Notes: generated by a model not told the origin, from the letters alone. A stretch of 64,000 nucleotides of DNA from Acetatifactor sp. (GCA_045537405.1 JAZSPK010000030.1:3181-67180), one strand, 5' to 3'. Shown: positions 28,034 through 39,372, counted from the first letter of the stretch. Program-made: numbers and translations.

Positions 28034-29128
28034 CTACTTTACAATAAATCCTGCAGGTAATCTCCAGGAGGAATTGGTGTAGTAGAAAGTAACACTGGAC
28101 ATAAGGTATTCTCCGTCATAGTACATACAGGAAGAACTTCCGCCATCCAGGTTCGCAGCATTCACTGCATCAAACTCTTCCATAACGGCAATCAAGTCTG
28201 CACAGGATGCTCCCAAATGACCGGACTTACCTCTACCGTCTGTTACAAACATAAGTACCGCGCCATCTGCACGCTGACCGATAGCTGTACGGGGATTCAG
28301 ACCGCTACCCTGACCACTCATTTCACGGGACTCCCCATTAATAATAAGCTGCACGAAATGATTGTTGGCATCGCTGGCTTCTTCCTGGAAGGTAACCGCA
28401 TCGCGAATCTTCATATCTTCTACAAGCTTCTCCACATCCTGAGAACTCATTTTGGAAATATCAATAATCTGCAAAATATGTTCCTCGGTAAAGCCTACCA
28501 ATACCAGACCGGCATACTCACGAGGCTTATTGTGCTGAATCTCTCCATTAGAAACAATAACACCATAGGGACTACCACCGGAATTGTTGGTGGAATTATA
28601 AAGTCCGCCGTTAATACCGGCAATCGCTCCATTATCTGTTACCAGTTTATCCAAGGTTACACCGTACTCTTTCCAGGGATAAATGGTAGCCAGACTCACT
28701 CTGGAAGGATCCTTTACAATCATCATGGTACCGGTAAAGGTTGCACCTGCCACTTCGATAATTTCGATATCCTGCATTTCCTCCTGTACCTGTCCTGAGC
28801 CAACCGCTACATTACCAAAGCTTCCGGGCTTAATCAGGTTGGTATCTACCTCCACATTAAATACTTCCATGGAGTTTTGGTCCACAATAGCCTGAATTTC
28901 TTCCGGAGACAAAAACCAGGAAGCCAGGAATTTCAGCTGTCCCGTCTCCAGAATAGTGGTTACAAAAGTATTTTGTACATTGGGAAAGCTCTTAGAGCAG
29001 AACAATTTAAGGGATGCCAGCAAAACAATTGCAATTGCCACCACAAAGGTTAAAATCATTAATAATACTCTTAAAGTCCACTTTCCGATTTCTTTTCCAA
29101 TGGAGATAGTGTTTTCATTATTTTTCAT
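28034..29128 (-). CDS. Phosphodiester glycosidase (NAGPA/EpsL) family protein
   Basis: INGG, NPRTAIGQ, ANLDGGSS. Confidence 0.88.
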   Translation of the reverse strand: MKNNENTISIGKEIGKWTLRVLLMILTFVVAIAIVLLASLKLFCSKSFPNVQNTFVTTILETGQLKFLASWFLSPEEIQAIVDQNSMEVFNVEVDTNLIKPGSFGNVAVGSGQVQEEMQDIEIIEVAGATFTGTMMIVKDPSRVSLATIYPWKEYGVTLDKLVTDNGAIAGINGGLYNSTNNSGGSPYGVIVSNGEIQHNKPREYAGLVLVGFTEEHILQIIDISKMSSQDVEKLVEDMKIRDAVTFQEEASDANNHFVQLIINGESREMSGQGSGLNPRTAIGQRADGAVLMFVTDGRGKSGHLGASCADLIAVMEEFDAVNAANLDGGSSSCMYYDGEYLMSSVTFYYTNSSWRLPAGFIVK

Positions 29129-30662
29129 TGTTCACAATCTCCTTCATACTTACCATTTTCCACTGAGGGTTGTCTTTCTTATCGTCCGTATCGTCATACT
29201 TCACAAAGTAAAATCTATCATTCATAGGGTCATCTACCTTGGCACCGGAACGCAAAATCATGTGCTTTACAAAACTAATATCCACGGAGAAACAATCCTC
29301 CGTAATCCACTGGAAGTTGGTTACCAAATCTTCTGTAAAGGGAGGTGTTGCCAAACCATGCGCACTGGTAAAGGTAATATCCACGCCGGTAGCATACTTC
29401 CTTGCCACCTCATACTGATAAGAGTCCTTTATCATGTACTTGCTAATCTCTGCGAAACGCATATCATTGGACATAAAAAGACTCCAATCATGGGCTATCT
29501 GAAGCAAGTCCACTTCGTCCGCAATTTCTTCCGGCACATTTTCCTCGCCTTTCATCTGTTCCAGCAAATCATGCTCCGACTCTCCTTCTGCCAGGATTAC
29601 TGCCTCGCCATTCTGATCCAAAACCTCAATTGCTGCATTTTCCACCAATATTGCAATGCCATAAGTATGTATCTTGGGAAGCTCTTCCACATAATCTTTC
29701 AAAGCATCAAAATCTCTGTTTTCAGACACTTCAAACACTCCTTGGGGAACAGCCTGGCCTTCCACTTTAATATCATAACGGCTGTCTGCCACGATACTTG
29801 CCATGGTAAGAGGCAATTCACTACCGCCTTCATACTCAACCACATTGCCAAAACAGTCCGAAATCTTTACTACGGGTTTTTCCACTTCATAAACATCAAA
29901 AGACAAACGGTTCTCACCGGCATCTGCGCCTTTAACCTCTGCCCCGTTTACTTCTACTTTCAGAGAAGACGGCAAAGTAAGGGAATACACATAGAACTCT
30001 GCTATAACCTGATCATCTTTTATGGTAAAGTTTACATTTCTGCCATTTCGGTCTTTAATTACCATTTTGGGTTCCTGGTAAAGTCTGGGCAGGAAGTAGG
30101 TGATTTCATTTGCATTACTTTCTTTTGCTTCCTTTTCTGTCAGAGTAATACCATTTACCTCCACCACAAAATCCTTCGGTACGGAAATCGTATAATCCTT
30201 TACCTCAAACAATGGTCTGACATATTCTATCTTCCATTTACGGTAACTGAATACTGCCAGCTTGGTTTCTGCAGGACCTAATGCCTTTAACTTCACCTCT
30301 GCCAGCTCCATATTGCCGTTCCTTACAATATAAAACAGCTCATCCTCCGCATGCATACCGCTTTTGGTACCATACTCCATAAATCCCTGCTTAAAAAGAG
30401 ACTGATACTCTGCTTTAATATCACGTCCTTGCTCAAAGGCTCCGGCATCCACCTCCGGCAATACATATTTATTCCACATATTGCCTTCTGCAGCAGTAAG
30501 GGCCAATTCACTCATGGCCGCTTCCACCTGTACTTCCGGACGCAACTTTTCATATTTACGAAGCAACATGGCTACATAAAGGATGGCGGCAATCACTAAC
30601 ACCAACATCACAGCAAGGTATATGAAATACACCTGCTTAAAACTAATTTTCTTTTTTTCCAT
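29118..30662 (-). CDS. Membrane-anchored hypothetical protein
   Basis: Single N-terminal TM; overlaps flanking genes in an operon. Confidence 0.7.
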   Translation of the reverse strand: MEKKKISFKQVYFIYLAVMLVLVIAAILYVAMLLRKYEKLRPEVQVEAAMSELALTAAEGNMWNKYVLPEVDAGAFEQGRDIKAEYQSLFKQGFMEYGTKSGMHAEDELFYIVRNGNMELAEVKLKALGPAETKLAVFSYRKWKIEYVRPLFEVKDYTISVPKDFVVEVNGITLTEKEAKESNANEITYFLPRLYQEPKMVIKDRNGRNVNFTIKDDQVIAEFYVYSLTLPSSLKVEVNGAEVKGADAGENRLSFDVYEVEKPVVKISDCFGNVVEYEGGSELPLTMASIVADSRYDIKVEGQAVPQGVFEVSENRDFDALKDYVEELPKIHTYGIAILVENAAIEVLDQNGEAVILAEGESEHDLLEQMKGEENVPEEIADEVDLLQIAHDWSLFMSNDMRFAEISKYMIKDSYQYEVARKYATGVDITFTSAHGLATPPFTEDLVTNFQWITEDCFSVDISFVKHMILRSGAKVDDPMNDRFYFVKYDDTDDKKDNPQWKMVSMKEIVNNEK

Positions 30663-31749
30663 TAACTAAATCCCTTTCCGCCTGCTCATCACTGTTAAAC
30701 ACCCATTTATGTTGGATGCGGAAGCTGACAAAGAATAAAAGCGTATCGATAATTGTCTTTGTCAGTGTTGATAATGCAGGTGATGTAATACTCAAAAGCT
30801 TCTCTACACCAAATACCAATACTGCAGATAAAGCAATCTGAACTATCGCCAATGTATAATAGCGCAGAAGTGTTTGCTTACTCACTTTGTCTTTAAACAC
30901 CTGTGTTGCATTCAGCCAATAGTTAAACAGCGACGATATAACTCTTGCCAAAAATGCCGCAGTAAAAGTCAATGGTATGGGTAAAAAACCTAAAAATGCA
31001 AACTTTTTAAATATATAAAAAGCAGTCTCATCCACTATGGCTGCTGCCACAGAGCTGAATAAATATTTCAAAATCAGCGCGTAAATACGCACACTGTCCC
31101 GTACCACCCTGAAATGCGAGGACTTGTTCTCTTCTATGTAAACGGTCGTAATGTCCACTTGCTCGTAAGGAATCTTCTTACGGTTAATCATAAAGAGCAT
31201 ATTGGTTTCATATTCGTACCGGTCGCCTTCCGCTTGAATAATCTCCGGAAGATACTTTACCGGAATGGCACGTAGACCCGTCTGGGTATCCCGAAGCTTC
31301 ATTCCGAAAAAGAGTCTGAATACACCACAAGTAATACGGTTGCCCATAACACTTCTGGCCGGTACATCCGCCTGAGAGAAATTACGGGTACCAAGTACCA
31401 CGGCTTCCGTTTCCAAGGCTTTTGCACAAACTGCTTCTATATCCTTTACCAAATGTTGTCCATCCGCATCCGCCGTTACCACACAGCCTGTACTTTCTCT
31501 ATTTTCCGTTACATACGCAAACGCAGTCTTAAGGGCAGCTCCTTTTCCTCTATTCACTTCATGCACCAGCAAGGTACACTCCGGTATTTCCTGAATTTTC
31601 TCAAAAATAGGCGCGCACTCCTTCTTACTTCCGTCATTAATGACAAGAATATCCGAAAAGCCTACTGCAACCAATTCTTCTACTGTTGTCAGCAATTTGT
31701 CATCCGGTTGATACGCCGGTATGATAATCGAAATTGCACCTTTGTCCAT
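30643..31749 (-). CDS. Bifunctional GT2 glycosyltransferase / GtrA protein
   Basis: IIPAY, NDGS, NRGKG, DADGQH, DTQTGLR; 4 C-terminal TM. Confidence 0.9.
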   Translation of the reverse strand: MDKGAISIIIPAYQPDDKLLTTVEELVAVGFSDILVINDGSKKECAPIFEKIQEIPECTLLVHEVNRGKGAALKTAFAYVTENRESTGCVVTADADGQHLVKDIEAVCAKALETEAVVLGTRNFSQADVPARSVMGNRITCGVFRLFFGMKLRDTQTGLRAIPVKYLPEIIQAEGDRYEYETNMLFMINRKKIPYEQVDITTVYIEENKSSHFRVVRDSVRIYALILKYLFSSVAAAIVDETAFYIFKKFAFLGFLPIPLTFTAAFLARVISSLFNYWLNATQVFKDKVSKQTLLRYYTLAIVQIALSAVLVFGVEKLLSITSPALSTLTKTIIDTLLFFVSFRIQHKWVFNSDEQAERDLVNGKKEN

Positions 31750-31750
31750 T

Positions 31751-33304
31751 TTATTCCCCTCTGTTCTTTTTACGACTTATCATCGCAATTACAATCACCA
31801 GCAACGCTATGCCGCCTACTCCAAGCAAAAGAACATTCCTTTGCTTTTCCTTCTTCAGCCGAGCAGCTTCTTCCAAGGCTGCCTGTTCCTCTGCCCGTCT
31901 GGCTTCCTCTGCTGCTTTCAGCTCCTGCTCTAAGCGTTCTTTCTCTGCCTGTAAACGTGCTTCTTCCGCTTGTCTTTCCTCTTCAGCCAGTCTCTGGGCT
32001 TCCAGCTCAGCTAAACGTTTCTCCTCGGCTTCCTTTTCAGCAATAACCCTGCGTTCCTCATAGGTTACTATATTTTCCAGAAAATCTCCACCCTCTATAT
32101 CAGGACCCACCTGTGTATAGTACAACCCAAAATGACAGGGTGAATAACTTCTGATATCGGTCGCTTTCTTAATTGGTTTATCCGCGGTACCGTAAATCCA
32201 CTTATAGAACCAAGTCCAGTGCTGGCTCTTATGGCAGGCAAATCCCTCCTGCGTCATTTCAAAGGCAGTCTTTCCTCCGAAAGTTTCCAACGGAATATCA
32301 TAATCCATCACGATTGGATTTTCCTCATATAAGTGAAGGTACAGTTTCTGCGTTTCCCATATTCCATATCGGTCAACACTCTCCGGAAACTGAGTCTCAT
32401 CTGCTGCAATATGTATCGCTTCCGTCAGAACCTGAGCATATACCACATGTCCTCCATGGCCGTACTCACCATTCAAATCATGAGTCACAACCACCAAAGG
32501 CTTAAAACGTCTCAAACACTCTGTAATATACTCCAAAAAATCCTCGTATGCAACCCCTGCAGACTCATATACTTTCAGAGCCTGTGACAAAGCAACTTCA
32601 CGATTCTTAGATTCCGCATATAAATCCGGAAAACTCGGCATAATCGGATAATTTCTTACACCTACTGTCCACAAACCATCTAAAAGTTCATGAGGTCGTT
32701 GATGATTGGCTACACCATTTGCCTCAAAATGCTGCACGCCGTAAACCACCTGTACCTGCGCTCCCTTTTCTCCCGCATACAAAGGCAAAAGTCCTGCAAA
32801 AAATAACTGTTCATCATCCGAATGAGTGGTGAGTAGCATAAGGTCTGCCGTTTCACAGGGCGGCTCCCATACTTGTACCCAATCGGGAAGTTCTCCCTCT
32901 GTAAAAGCATATACATCTGCAATTACCGTACCTGCCGTGAACTGCAAAACCAATGTTTCCGGCAATACTTCATACAAAGTATTTACTGCCACAAATTCAT
33001 GTATAAATCCATCTTCGCCACAAGTAAAGCTCTCTCCCGTAGTCGGATTGGTAAGAGTCCAGGCGGAAGGAATTCTATCAAACTCCACATAAATACCGGC
33101 AATTCCCTCCGAATTGGTAATGGTAATCATACCTTCTTCTTTGCAGTTGGTATAGGTATTACGATTTTCGTCGTATAGATTCTTCGGCTTACCAAAGCCT
33201 TGCGCTTCTATTTCCGACGTTTCATACTGGGCCTCGGCAGCATACACTGTAAAACTCTGCCACAAACCACATATGAATATTAAAGCAAACAGCAATTTCT
33301 TCAT
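31751..33304 (-). CDS. PIG-L family deacetylase, surface-anchored
   Basis: HSDDE, THD..GEYGHGGH, HKSQ; coiled coil and C-terminal TM. Confidence 0.8.
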   Translation of the reverse strand: MKKLLFALIFICGLWQSFTVYAAEAQYETSEIEAQGFGKPKNLYDENRNTYTNCKEEGMITITNSEGIAGIYVEFDRIPSAWTLTNPTTGESFTCGEDGFIHEFVAVNTLYEVLPETLVLQFTAGTVIADVYAFTEGELPDWVQVWEPPCETADLMLLTTHSDDEQLFFAGLLPLYAGEKGAQVQVVYGVQHFEANGVANHQRPHELLDGLWTVGVRNYPIMPSFPDLYAESKNREVALSQALKVYESAGVAYEDFLEYITECLRRFKPLVVVTHDLNGEYGHGGHVVYAQVLTEAIHIAADETQFPESVDRYGIWETQKLYLHLYEENPIVMDYDIPLETFGGKTAFEMTQEGFACHKSQHWTWFYKWIYGTADKPIKKATDIRSYSPCHFGLYYTQVGPDIEGGDFLENIVTYEERRVIAEKEAEEKRLAELEAQRLAEEERQAEEARLQAEKERLEQELKAAEEARRAEEQAALEEAARLKKEKQRNVLLLGVGGIALLVIVIAMISRKKNRGE

Positions 33305-33385
33305 AAGAACCTACACCTCCTCACAATAACATACTTTTAGATAATACCTTAAAATAGTCAAAACGTCTACTATCTTTTGTAAATC

Positions 33386-35698
33386 TTAATATCCCAGGAC
33401 AAACATTACAAATTTAATCCATAAATACTGCTTCCTGTTCTCAGTTTTTAGCCAAAGCAAAACTTCTTCCCGCTTGGAAACCGTAGATTTTAGCAACTGC
33501 TTGGTTACCATCGTTTCTCCATACAAATATTCTTCGTAAGCAGTCAGGAAATACAAATCCTGCTTTGAATGAAATACTTCCGAAAATTCCTTGCTGATTT
33601 TATCCTGTAGCTCTGATAAGGTTTCTGAAGTCTCACGCTTATACCCCAGCCTTTCCAAAAGCCATAAATTACGTTTTACCTCTGTTACATACTTCTGTTC
33701 TACGGATAACTTGTTATAGGACCGTTTTTGACGTACTTTTTCCGCAAAGAACAATATTAAACCTACCGGCAGCACAACCCCCAGCACTTTTAAGAGAGTG
33801 TACCAACCCTTACCGCTTCTTTTATTCGCATCTTCCGGTGCCTCTAGCTCCTCTTGCATAACTGGTGGTGCAGGGGTAGGCGTAATATTTTCTCCCTTAC
33901 CGTCCAAATCTATTTGAGGCTTCTTTACCTCCCAACCCAAATATCGCAAATTAGCATATCCCGGCGTAGGTTCAAAAGGTAACCATCCGATACCCTCTAT
34001 ATAAACTTCCGGCCAGGCATGAGCCATAGCCGAGGAAACGTGCATTTCCTTGCTTTGATTTACCTGCACACAAAAGCCTTCCACATAACGAGCCGGTAAT
34101 CCTTCCGCTCTTGCAAGCAAAACAAATGCGGTAGCAAAATACGTACAATATCCCTGCCTACTCTCCAAAAGAAAATAATCCAGGAATTCCTCTTCACTCC
34201 GTACCTCTTTTGGTAACTTACCGGGATTGGTATTGTAAGTAAAGCCGGACAACTCTCTTTCTATGGCCTGCAACTTTTCATAGGGTGAGGCACAATTCTT
34301 TGTTATCTCTGCCAAATACGCCTCTACCTCAGCAGAAATTTCTATTTCCTCATAATACGCCTCTTGCATGGCTTTACGATAATTCTGCAAATCCTCCAAG
34401 GATAAATCCTTCATGCCCTCCGGTGCAAATCGGGCAGCAACCTCTTTCCAGATTTCTTCATCTTCAGCCATATCGGTATGAAGCATTTCCATAAATTCGG
34501 GCGTCTTTTGATTCATCTGATAATAAAGAAATCCATAGGTAGTCCCATATCCCTTTTGCACACCAAAGGTAAAATCCCTTCCCTGAATTTCAAAATCCGT
34601 ATCTTTTACATAAGTGGTCTTCAAGGGAGCAAATAGGTATCCTGTGTCAAAGAAACCATACTGCAATGTAATTCGTGAATCCAGCACATAATTGTACATA
34701 CCCTGTTCATCAAATCTGAGAACTGCATATATAAGCTCCAATGCATCCAGCGGGTATTCCTTTAAATCCTTAGAAACCTGTTGCTTCCATTCCCTGCCGC
34801 TAAAGGAATCATATGCCTTTCCGCCCAAGTACAAGTTTGTAACCAGGCTGCCGCTTCCCTTTATGGTCATAAGCTCCCGGTTGTCCTTCTTAATATTTCC
34901 TCCAACCTCTGCTTCCTCAGAAAACCCTGTTAAAAAGGAGCCAAAATCTTCCTTCCCCTTACGATTCACATCTTCAAACCAAACCACAACTTTTTCCCGA
35001 ATATGACTATAAGCCTGTCTTACAAAAGACCAATCATAAGGTTCCTCTTTCGGCGGGATATAACACAATATCAGCAGATAAGCCAGGAAAAAGGGAGCAA
35101 GCCACATAACATAGCCGCGTTTATCCTCGGTTTTCTTTTCCTTCTGCCAGTTTAAGCGAATTCTTTCCACCACACATACGGTCGCATATACCACAATTAA
35201 AGCCACACCCACAGAACTTATCTGAACTTCCTGAAGCATGCAGACAATCAAAAGTCCTACCAGCAATACTGCCGCTAGTTCTTTGATAATTTGTATTTTT
35301 TGAGATAGAATCTGGAAAACATAGCTTCCCAACAGCACCCACAGGGTCTGCACCAATTCATACCCCAATATCCATTCCGGTTCAAAATCCTTACGAACAA
35401 TAAGCCATAAGTAATAATTCTCCCAAAAGTCCTTTATTTGTCCGGCACCTACTAGCGGCAAAATAGCCACCACCGTTAGAATAAGCAGGACTACGGAAAT
35501 AATCTTGGCGCTAATTTTTCCGTACTGAAACCAGGCCAAAAGACTTAAAACCACAACCGAAAATATCCAATGAAAACTACCAATATTTCGAATTCCTAAA
35601 AAGCTGCCAAACCCAAGCATTAATACTCCGGCAAATAATACTACATACAGTATCCGGTAAAATACCGGGTAGAAGGCAGTCCATTTCTTTTCACTCAT
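33386..35698 (-). CDS. Membrane transglutaminase-domain protein
   Basis: GYCTYFATA, HAWPEVY, FEPTPG. Confidence 0.88.
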   Translation of the reverse strand: MSEKKWTAFYPVFYRILYVVLFAGVLMLGFGSFLGIRNIGSFHWIFSVVVLSLLAWFQYGKISAKIISVVLLILTVVAILPLVGAGQIKDFWENYYLWLIVRKDFEPEWILGYELVQTLWVLLGSYVFQILSQKIQIIKELAAVLLVGLLIVCMLQEVQISSVGVALIVVYATVCVVERIRLNWQKEKKTEDKRGYVMWLAPFFLAYLLILCYIPPKEEPYDWSFVRQAYSHIREKVVVWFEDVNRKGKEDFGSFLTGFSEEAEVGGNIKKDNRELMTIKGSGSLVTNLYLGGKAYDSFSGREWKQQVSKDLKEYPLDALELIYAVLRFDEQGMYNYVLDSRITLQYGFFDTGYLFAPLKTTYVKDTDFEIQGRDFTFGVQKGYGTTYGFLYYQMNQKTPEFMEMLHTDMAEDEEIWKEVAARFAPEGMKDLSLEDLQNYRKAMQEAYYEEIEISAEVEAYLAEITKNCASPYEKLQAIERELSGFTYNTNPGKLPKEVRSEEEFLDYFLLESRQGYCTYFATAFVLLARAEGLPARYVEGFCVQVNQSKEMHVSSAMAHAWPEVYIEGIGWLPFEPTPGYANLRYLGWEVKKPQIDLDGKGENITPTPAPPVMQEELEAPEDANKRSGKGWYTLLKVLGVVLPVGLILFFAEKVRQKRSYNKLSVEQKYVTEVKRNLWLLERLGYKRETSETLSELQDKISKEFSEVFHSKQDLYFLTAYEEYLYGETMVTKQLLKSTVSKREEVLLWLKTENRKQYLWIKFVMFVLGY

Positions 35699-36861
35699 AG
35701 TATTTCCTCCAAATTGCCTTCTATGGGTATTGCAACAATCTTCATTCTATCGTTGCTTTGGCGGATATATTCCGATATATCCTTATCCGTTACAACATAC
35801 AAAATCACCGTATAACCTTCTTCTGCAAGTATTTGTAACAAGCGCAGGAGCTCTCCTTCCGGCTCTTGCACTACCACAATTAAGGTTTCTACATTCCAGT
35901 GGCCCCTGCCCTCAAACCATTCTTTAGCCAGGCCGTTTATATTTTCACGGGTATCAAAAATAACATGCGCAGTTTCCTCGTATAATTGTTCAAAATGCTC
36001 CAAGCCTTCTACCAATTTTGCACGCATACCTTCCTGCCCATGCACTACCGTATAAGTAATATTTTTTTCCGCAAAAAACAATCCCAGTGCCAATACCAGC
36101 TCCAGAATCTGATTTTCAGCCGGAATATATTCCTGCTCCTTTTCACTATATCTTTTGGTATCATACAAAAGCAAAATTTCCTGCTTTCGTTCTCCCAGCA
36201 TAGTGCGGGTTTTTAATTTCTGCTCTCTTGCGGATACTTTGAAGTGGATTCTTTTTAGGGCATCTCCGGCTACATAATCTCTGGTTACCACATCCGGTGT
36301 GGTTTGATTCAGCACGGTTTCCCTGGTACTCATATGAATAATCTCTCTGATGCTTTCCAGTTCCTTCTTGCGAACAATTCTGGGATAAACCACTGCTTTT
36401 ACCGCTCCCGGATTCTTATAACGGATACGAAACAGTCGTAAGAAATCTGTTACCACAATATCCTTTACACCCACCTCGTACTCTCCTCGATACTTGCATA
36501 TCAGGGTCGTATGATAAGTATATTTATCTCCCGGTAGTAATTCATACTCCTTGTAAGTTTCTATATCCGTCACATAAGAAAAATCCGAGAAAAGCCTTAC
36601 ACTAAGTCCTGCAAACGCATATACGGTTTCATTTTGCAAAACAAAGAAGTATGGCACCGGCTGCTTACTTACCACGATTCTGCTGCCAATTTCCTGATAA
36701 ATACGAAACTGCATAAAAACAAATAGCAAATAAACCAGCGAAAGTACCGGAATCAGTGTAATACCCCAGAAGAGACCATAGCTGATTGCCCCTCCGTAAA
36801 AGGATATTCCCACCAGTGACAAAATCCACAATAGCAACAAAATAATTCTGCGCCATTTCAT
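35695..36861 (-). CDS. DUF58 domain protein
   Basis: RDYVAGDALKRIHFK; lies between MoxR and transglutaminase. Confidence 0.85.
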   Translation of the reverse strand: MKWRRIILLLLWILSLVGISFYGGAISYGLFWGITLIPVLSLVYLLFVFMQFRIYQEIGSRIVVSKQPVPYFFVLQNETVYAFAGLSVRLFSDFSYVTDIETYKEYELLPGDKYTYHTTLICKYRGEYEVGVKDIVVTDFLRLFRIRYKNPGAVKAVVYPRIVRKKELESIREIIHMSTRETVLNQTTPDVVTRDYVAGDALKRIHFKVSAREQKLKTRTMLGERKQEILLLYDTKRYSEKEQEYIPAENQILELVLALGLFFAEKNITYTVVHGQEGMRAKLVEGLEHFEQLYEETAHVIFDTRENINGLAKEWFEGRGHWNVETLIVVVQEPEGELLRLLQILAEEGYTVILYVVTDKDISEYIRQSNDRMKIVAIPIEGNLEEIL

Positions 36862-36864
36862 ATT

Positions 36865-37812
36865 CTATTCTCCTATGGGTACTTTGGTTTTCACAATCAG
36901 GCTGCGTAAAATTGCCGCAGCATCGGTTTTCATCATTCTCGCTTCTGAAGTTAAGGTTAAACGATGTAATAAAATATCCTTTGCCACACTCTTAATATCA
37001 TCCGGCTTCACATAATCCCGCTTTTGTAAAAAAGCATGTGCCTGTGCTGCACGAAGGAGTGCCAACAAGCCTCGAGGACTGACACCATATAAAAAGCTTT
37101 GCTCTTCTCTGGTCAGGTTCACCAAATCATTGGCATAGCCGATTACTGACTCCTTCACAGTAACCTGTTCCACCGCTTTGATAAGCTCCAAAAGCTCCTC
37201 TGTACCGCATACGGCAGTTAAACCCTCATAGGTTTGACCCGACAGAAAATTCAATGCCATCTGCATTTCCTGTTCTCTATCCGGATACCCAATGGAAATA
37301 CGCATCATAAAACGATCCATCTGTGCCTCGGGAAGAGGATAGGTTCCCATAAATTCCACAGGATTTTGAGTGGCTATTACCATAAAAGGCTTCGGCAATT
37401 CATAAGTAATTCCATCCACCGTTACCTGACCTTCCGCCATAGCCTCCAAAAGGCTGGCCTGGGTTTTGGGCGAAGTACGGTTGATTTCGTCCGCCAGTAA
37501 AATCTGATTCATTACCACTCCGCTACGATATTCAAACTCTCCGGTCTTCATGTTATATACGGACATTCCCACAATATCTCCCGGCAAGGTATCCGGTGTA
37601 AACTGCACTCTGCCAAGACTACAATCCACCACCCTTGCCAAGGTTCTCGCCAAAGTCGTTTTGCCCACTCCCGGCACATCCTCCAAAAGAATGTGTCCTC
37701 CGGCAAGTAAACAAATAAGTACTTTATCCACTACCTCTTCCTTTCCTACAAAAACGCTATTTATGGCAGTCCTTATCTGTTCTATGGATTCATATTTTTT
37801 CTCCTGTGTCAT
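36865..37812 (-). CDS. moxR: MoxR family AAA+ ATPase
   Basis: EDVPGVGKT, DEINR, ATQNP, PLPEAQMDRF. Confidence 0.92.
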   Translation of the reverse strand: MTQEKKYESIEQIRTAINSVFVGKEEVVDKVLICLLAGGHILLEDVPGVGKTTLARTLARVVDCSLGRVQFTPDTLPGDIVGMSVYNMKTGEFEYRSGVVMNQILLADEINRTSPKTQASLLEAMAEGQVTVDGITYELPKPFMVIATQNPVEFMGTYPLPEAQMDRFMMRISIGYPDREQEMQMALNFLSGQTYEGLTAVCGTEELLELIKAVEQVTVKESVIGYANDLVNLTREEQSFLYGVSPRGLLALLRAAQAHAFLQKRDYVKPDDIKSVAKDILLHRLTLTSEARMMKTDAAAILRSLIVKTKVPIGE

Positions 37813-37837
37813 AATACACCCCTCATACTTATATTTT

Positions 37838-37875
37838 AAAAAACACATGAGACGTTTTGCCGTCTCATGTGTCTT
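37838..37875 (-). terminator. Terminator after MCP
   Basis: ACACATGAGACG/CGTCTCATGTGT with U-tract. Confidence 0.7.
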
Positions 37876-37896
37876 AAGTCACTCCATATCGGAAAA

Positions 37897-39372
37897 TTAT
37901 TTCATTGCCACATTCAACATATTCTCTGACATCTGGCTTACATGCTTACTGTCTTCAATAACTTCCTGTAAGTTTTCGGTACATTTATCCATTGATACAA
38001 AGATAGATTCTACCGCTGATTTATTCTCTTCTGTATAAGAGCTCATTGCATTAACCTTGTCCTTCAACTCATCGAATACAAAGTCAATCTTTTGAATCGC
38101 ACCATTCTGTTCTTCGATTGTCTGATACAAATTATCAAAACGTGCTGTCAGGCTATCAAAATCGTTCTGCAATTCATCCAAGGAAGTAAGAGAGCCACTG
38201 ATTGCTTCTGTACTTTCACGTAACTGTGCGGTGGTTTCCAAAACCTTCTCCTGCATTTCGCTAAGTACATCTGTAACTCTTTCAGAACATCCGTTACTAT
38301 CTACCGCAAGCTGCTGTACCTTGGCTGCTACGACTGCAAAGCCTGCACCCATCTTACCTGCTCTCGCAGCCTCGATAGAAGCATTTAATGCTAACATATT
38401 GGTACTTGCTGCAATCTTATTCAATTCATCAATAACCGTAGAGATTTCTCCCATCTGTGCTTCCAAAATGGAGAATACCTTGTTGGTATTATTCATAGCC
38501 TCACGAACAGAGCCCATTTGCTTGCTCATTACGTTCATGCTCTTGCTGCTTTCCATAATAGCACTTTCACATTCACCGACTTCATTATTTAAGGCTTCAA
38601 TCTGCTGTCCTGTACTGCGGATAACCTCATGGGCTTCATCACATACATTCATAACATCCTGGGCACCAACTACAATTCCTTCCGAACCATTGCGAAGTTC
38701 ATCTGCATCCATGGCAAGTTTGTAATTTACTTCCTGCAGTTCCTCATACTTCACAGTAGTATGTGCCATGCTCTTCTGCAGTTCTTCGCCGACTTCTTTC
38801 ATGGAATCCAGTAACTTCTCTGCTTCTGCCGCTCTTGTCTCACTTATGTACAAGTAAGCACAACCTCTGGTTACCAATAAACACACCAGGAATGATGCCA
38901 ACATAAATACTACCACACATAAAATGAACTGTGATAAACTCTCCGCCTTCTCAGGATGTACCACATACTGAATTACCAACAATACAGGAATAGCAGCAGC
39001 CTGAATTTTGGTAATCTTAGGATTAAAATAAAGACCTGCAAGAGCCAAAACAGCTAAGTATAAACTGTAATCATCACTGTAATGCGCACCACTGTTTAAC
39101 GATATAACAAATATCAAAAGCACCAAACTCATGCACACTACTATCTGCTTAATTTCCTGCTTGGCATTCAAATAATGCATCGCGATAGCAGCGCCTGCAA
39201 ATACAACCAAACAAATACCGATGGTAATGGCACCACTTGCTGTACCACTGATAATATTCTTAATCAAATAAGCCGGTGCTACAATGTAAACCAAAATCAA
39301 CATCAAACGGTAAATCGACTTGTTACTCATTGGTTCTTTCATCTTTTTCTCTTTCACTTTTGTTACCCCCAT
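37897..39372 (-). CDS. Methyl-accepting chemotaxis protein
   Basis: TNMLALNASIEAARAG..GAGFAVVA; N-terminal TM bundle. Confidence 0.9.
   Translation of the reverse strand: MGVTKVKEKKMKEPMSNKSIYRLMLILVYIVAPAYLIKNIISGTASGAITIGICLVVFAGAAIAMHYLNAKQEIKQIVVCMSLVLLIFVISLNSGAHYSDDYSLYLAVLALAGLYFNPKITKIQAAAIPVLLVIQYVVHPEKAESLSQFILCVVVFMLASFLVCLLVTRGCAYLYISETRAAEAEKLLDSMKEVGEELQKSMAHTTVKYEELQEVNYKLAMDADELRNGSEGIVVGAQDVMNVCDEAHEVIRSTGQQIEALNNEVGECESAIMESSKSMNVMSKQMGSVREAMNNTNKVFSILEAQMGEISTVIDELNKIAASTNMLALNASIEAARAGKMGAGFAVVAAKVQQLAVDSNGCSERVTDVLSEMQEKVLETTAQLRESTEAISGSLTSLDELQNDFDSLTARFDNLYQTIEEQNGAIQKIDFVFDELKDKVNAMSSYTEENKSAVESIFVSMDKCTENLQEVIEDSKHVSQMSENMLNVAMK

Noticed and set aside
28956-30281. 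441-aa plus-strand ORF
   Set aside because: Antisense shadow of the operonic minus-strand genes; no recognisable motifs. The same applies to the many shorter plus-strand ORFs in the track.
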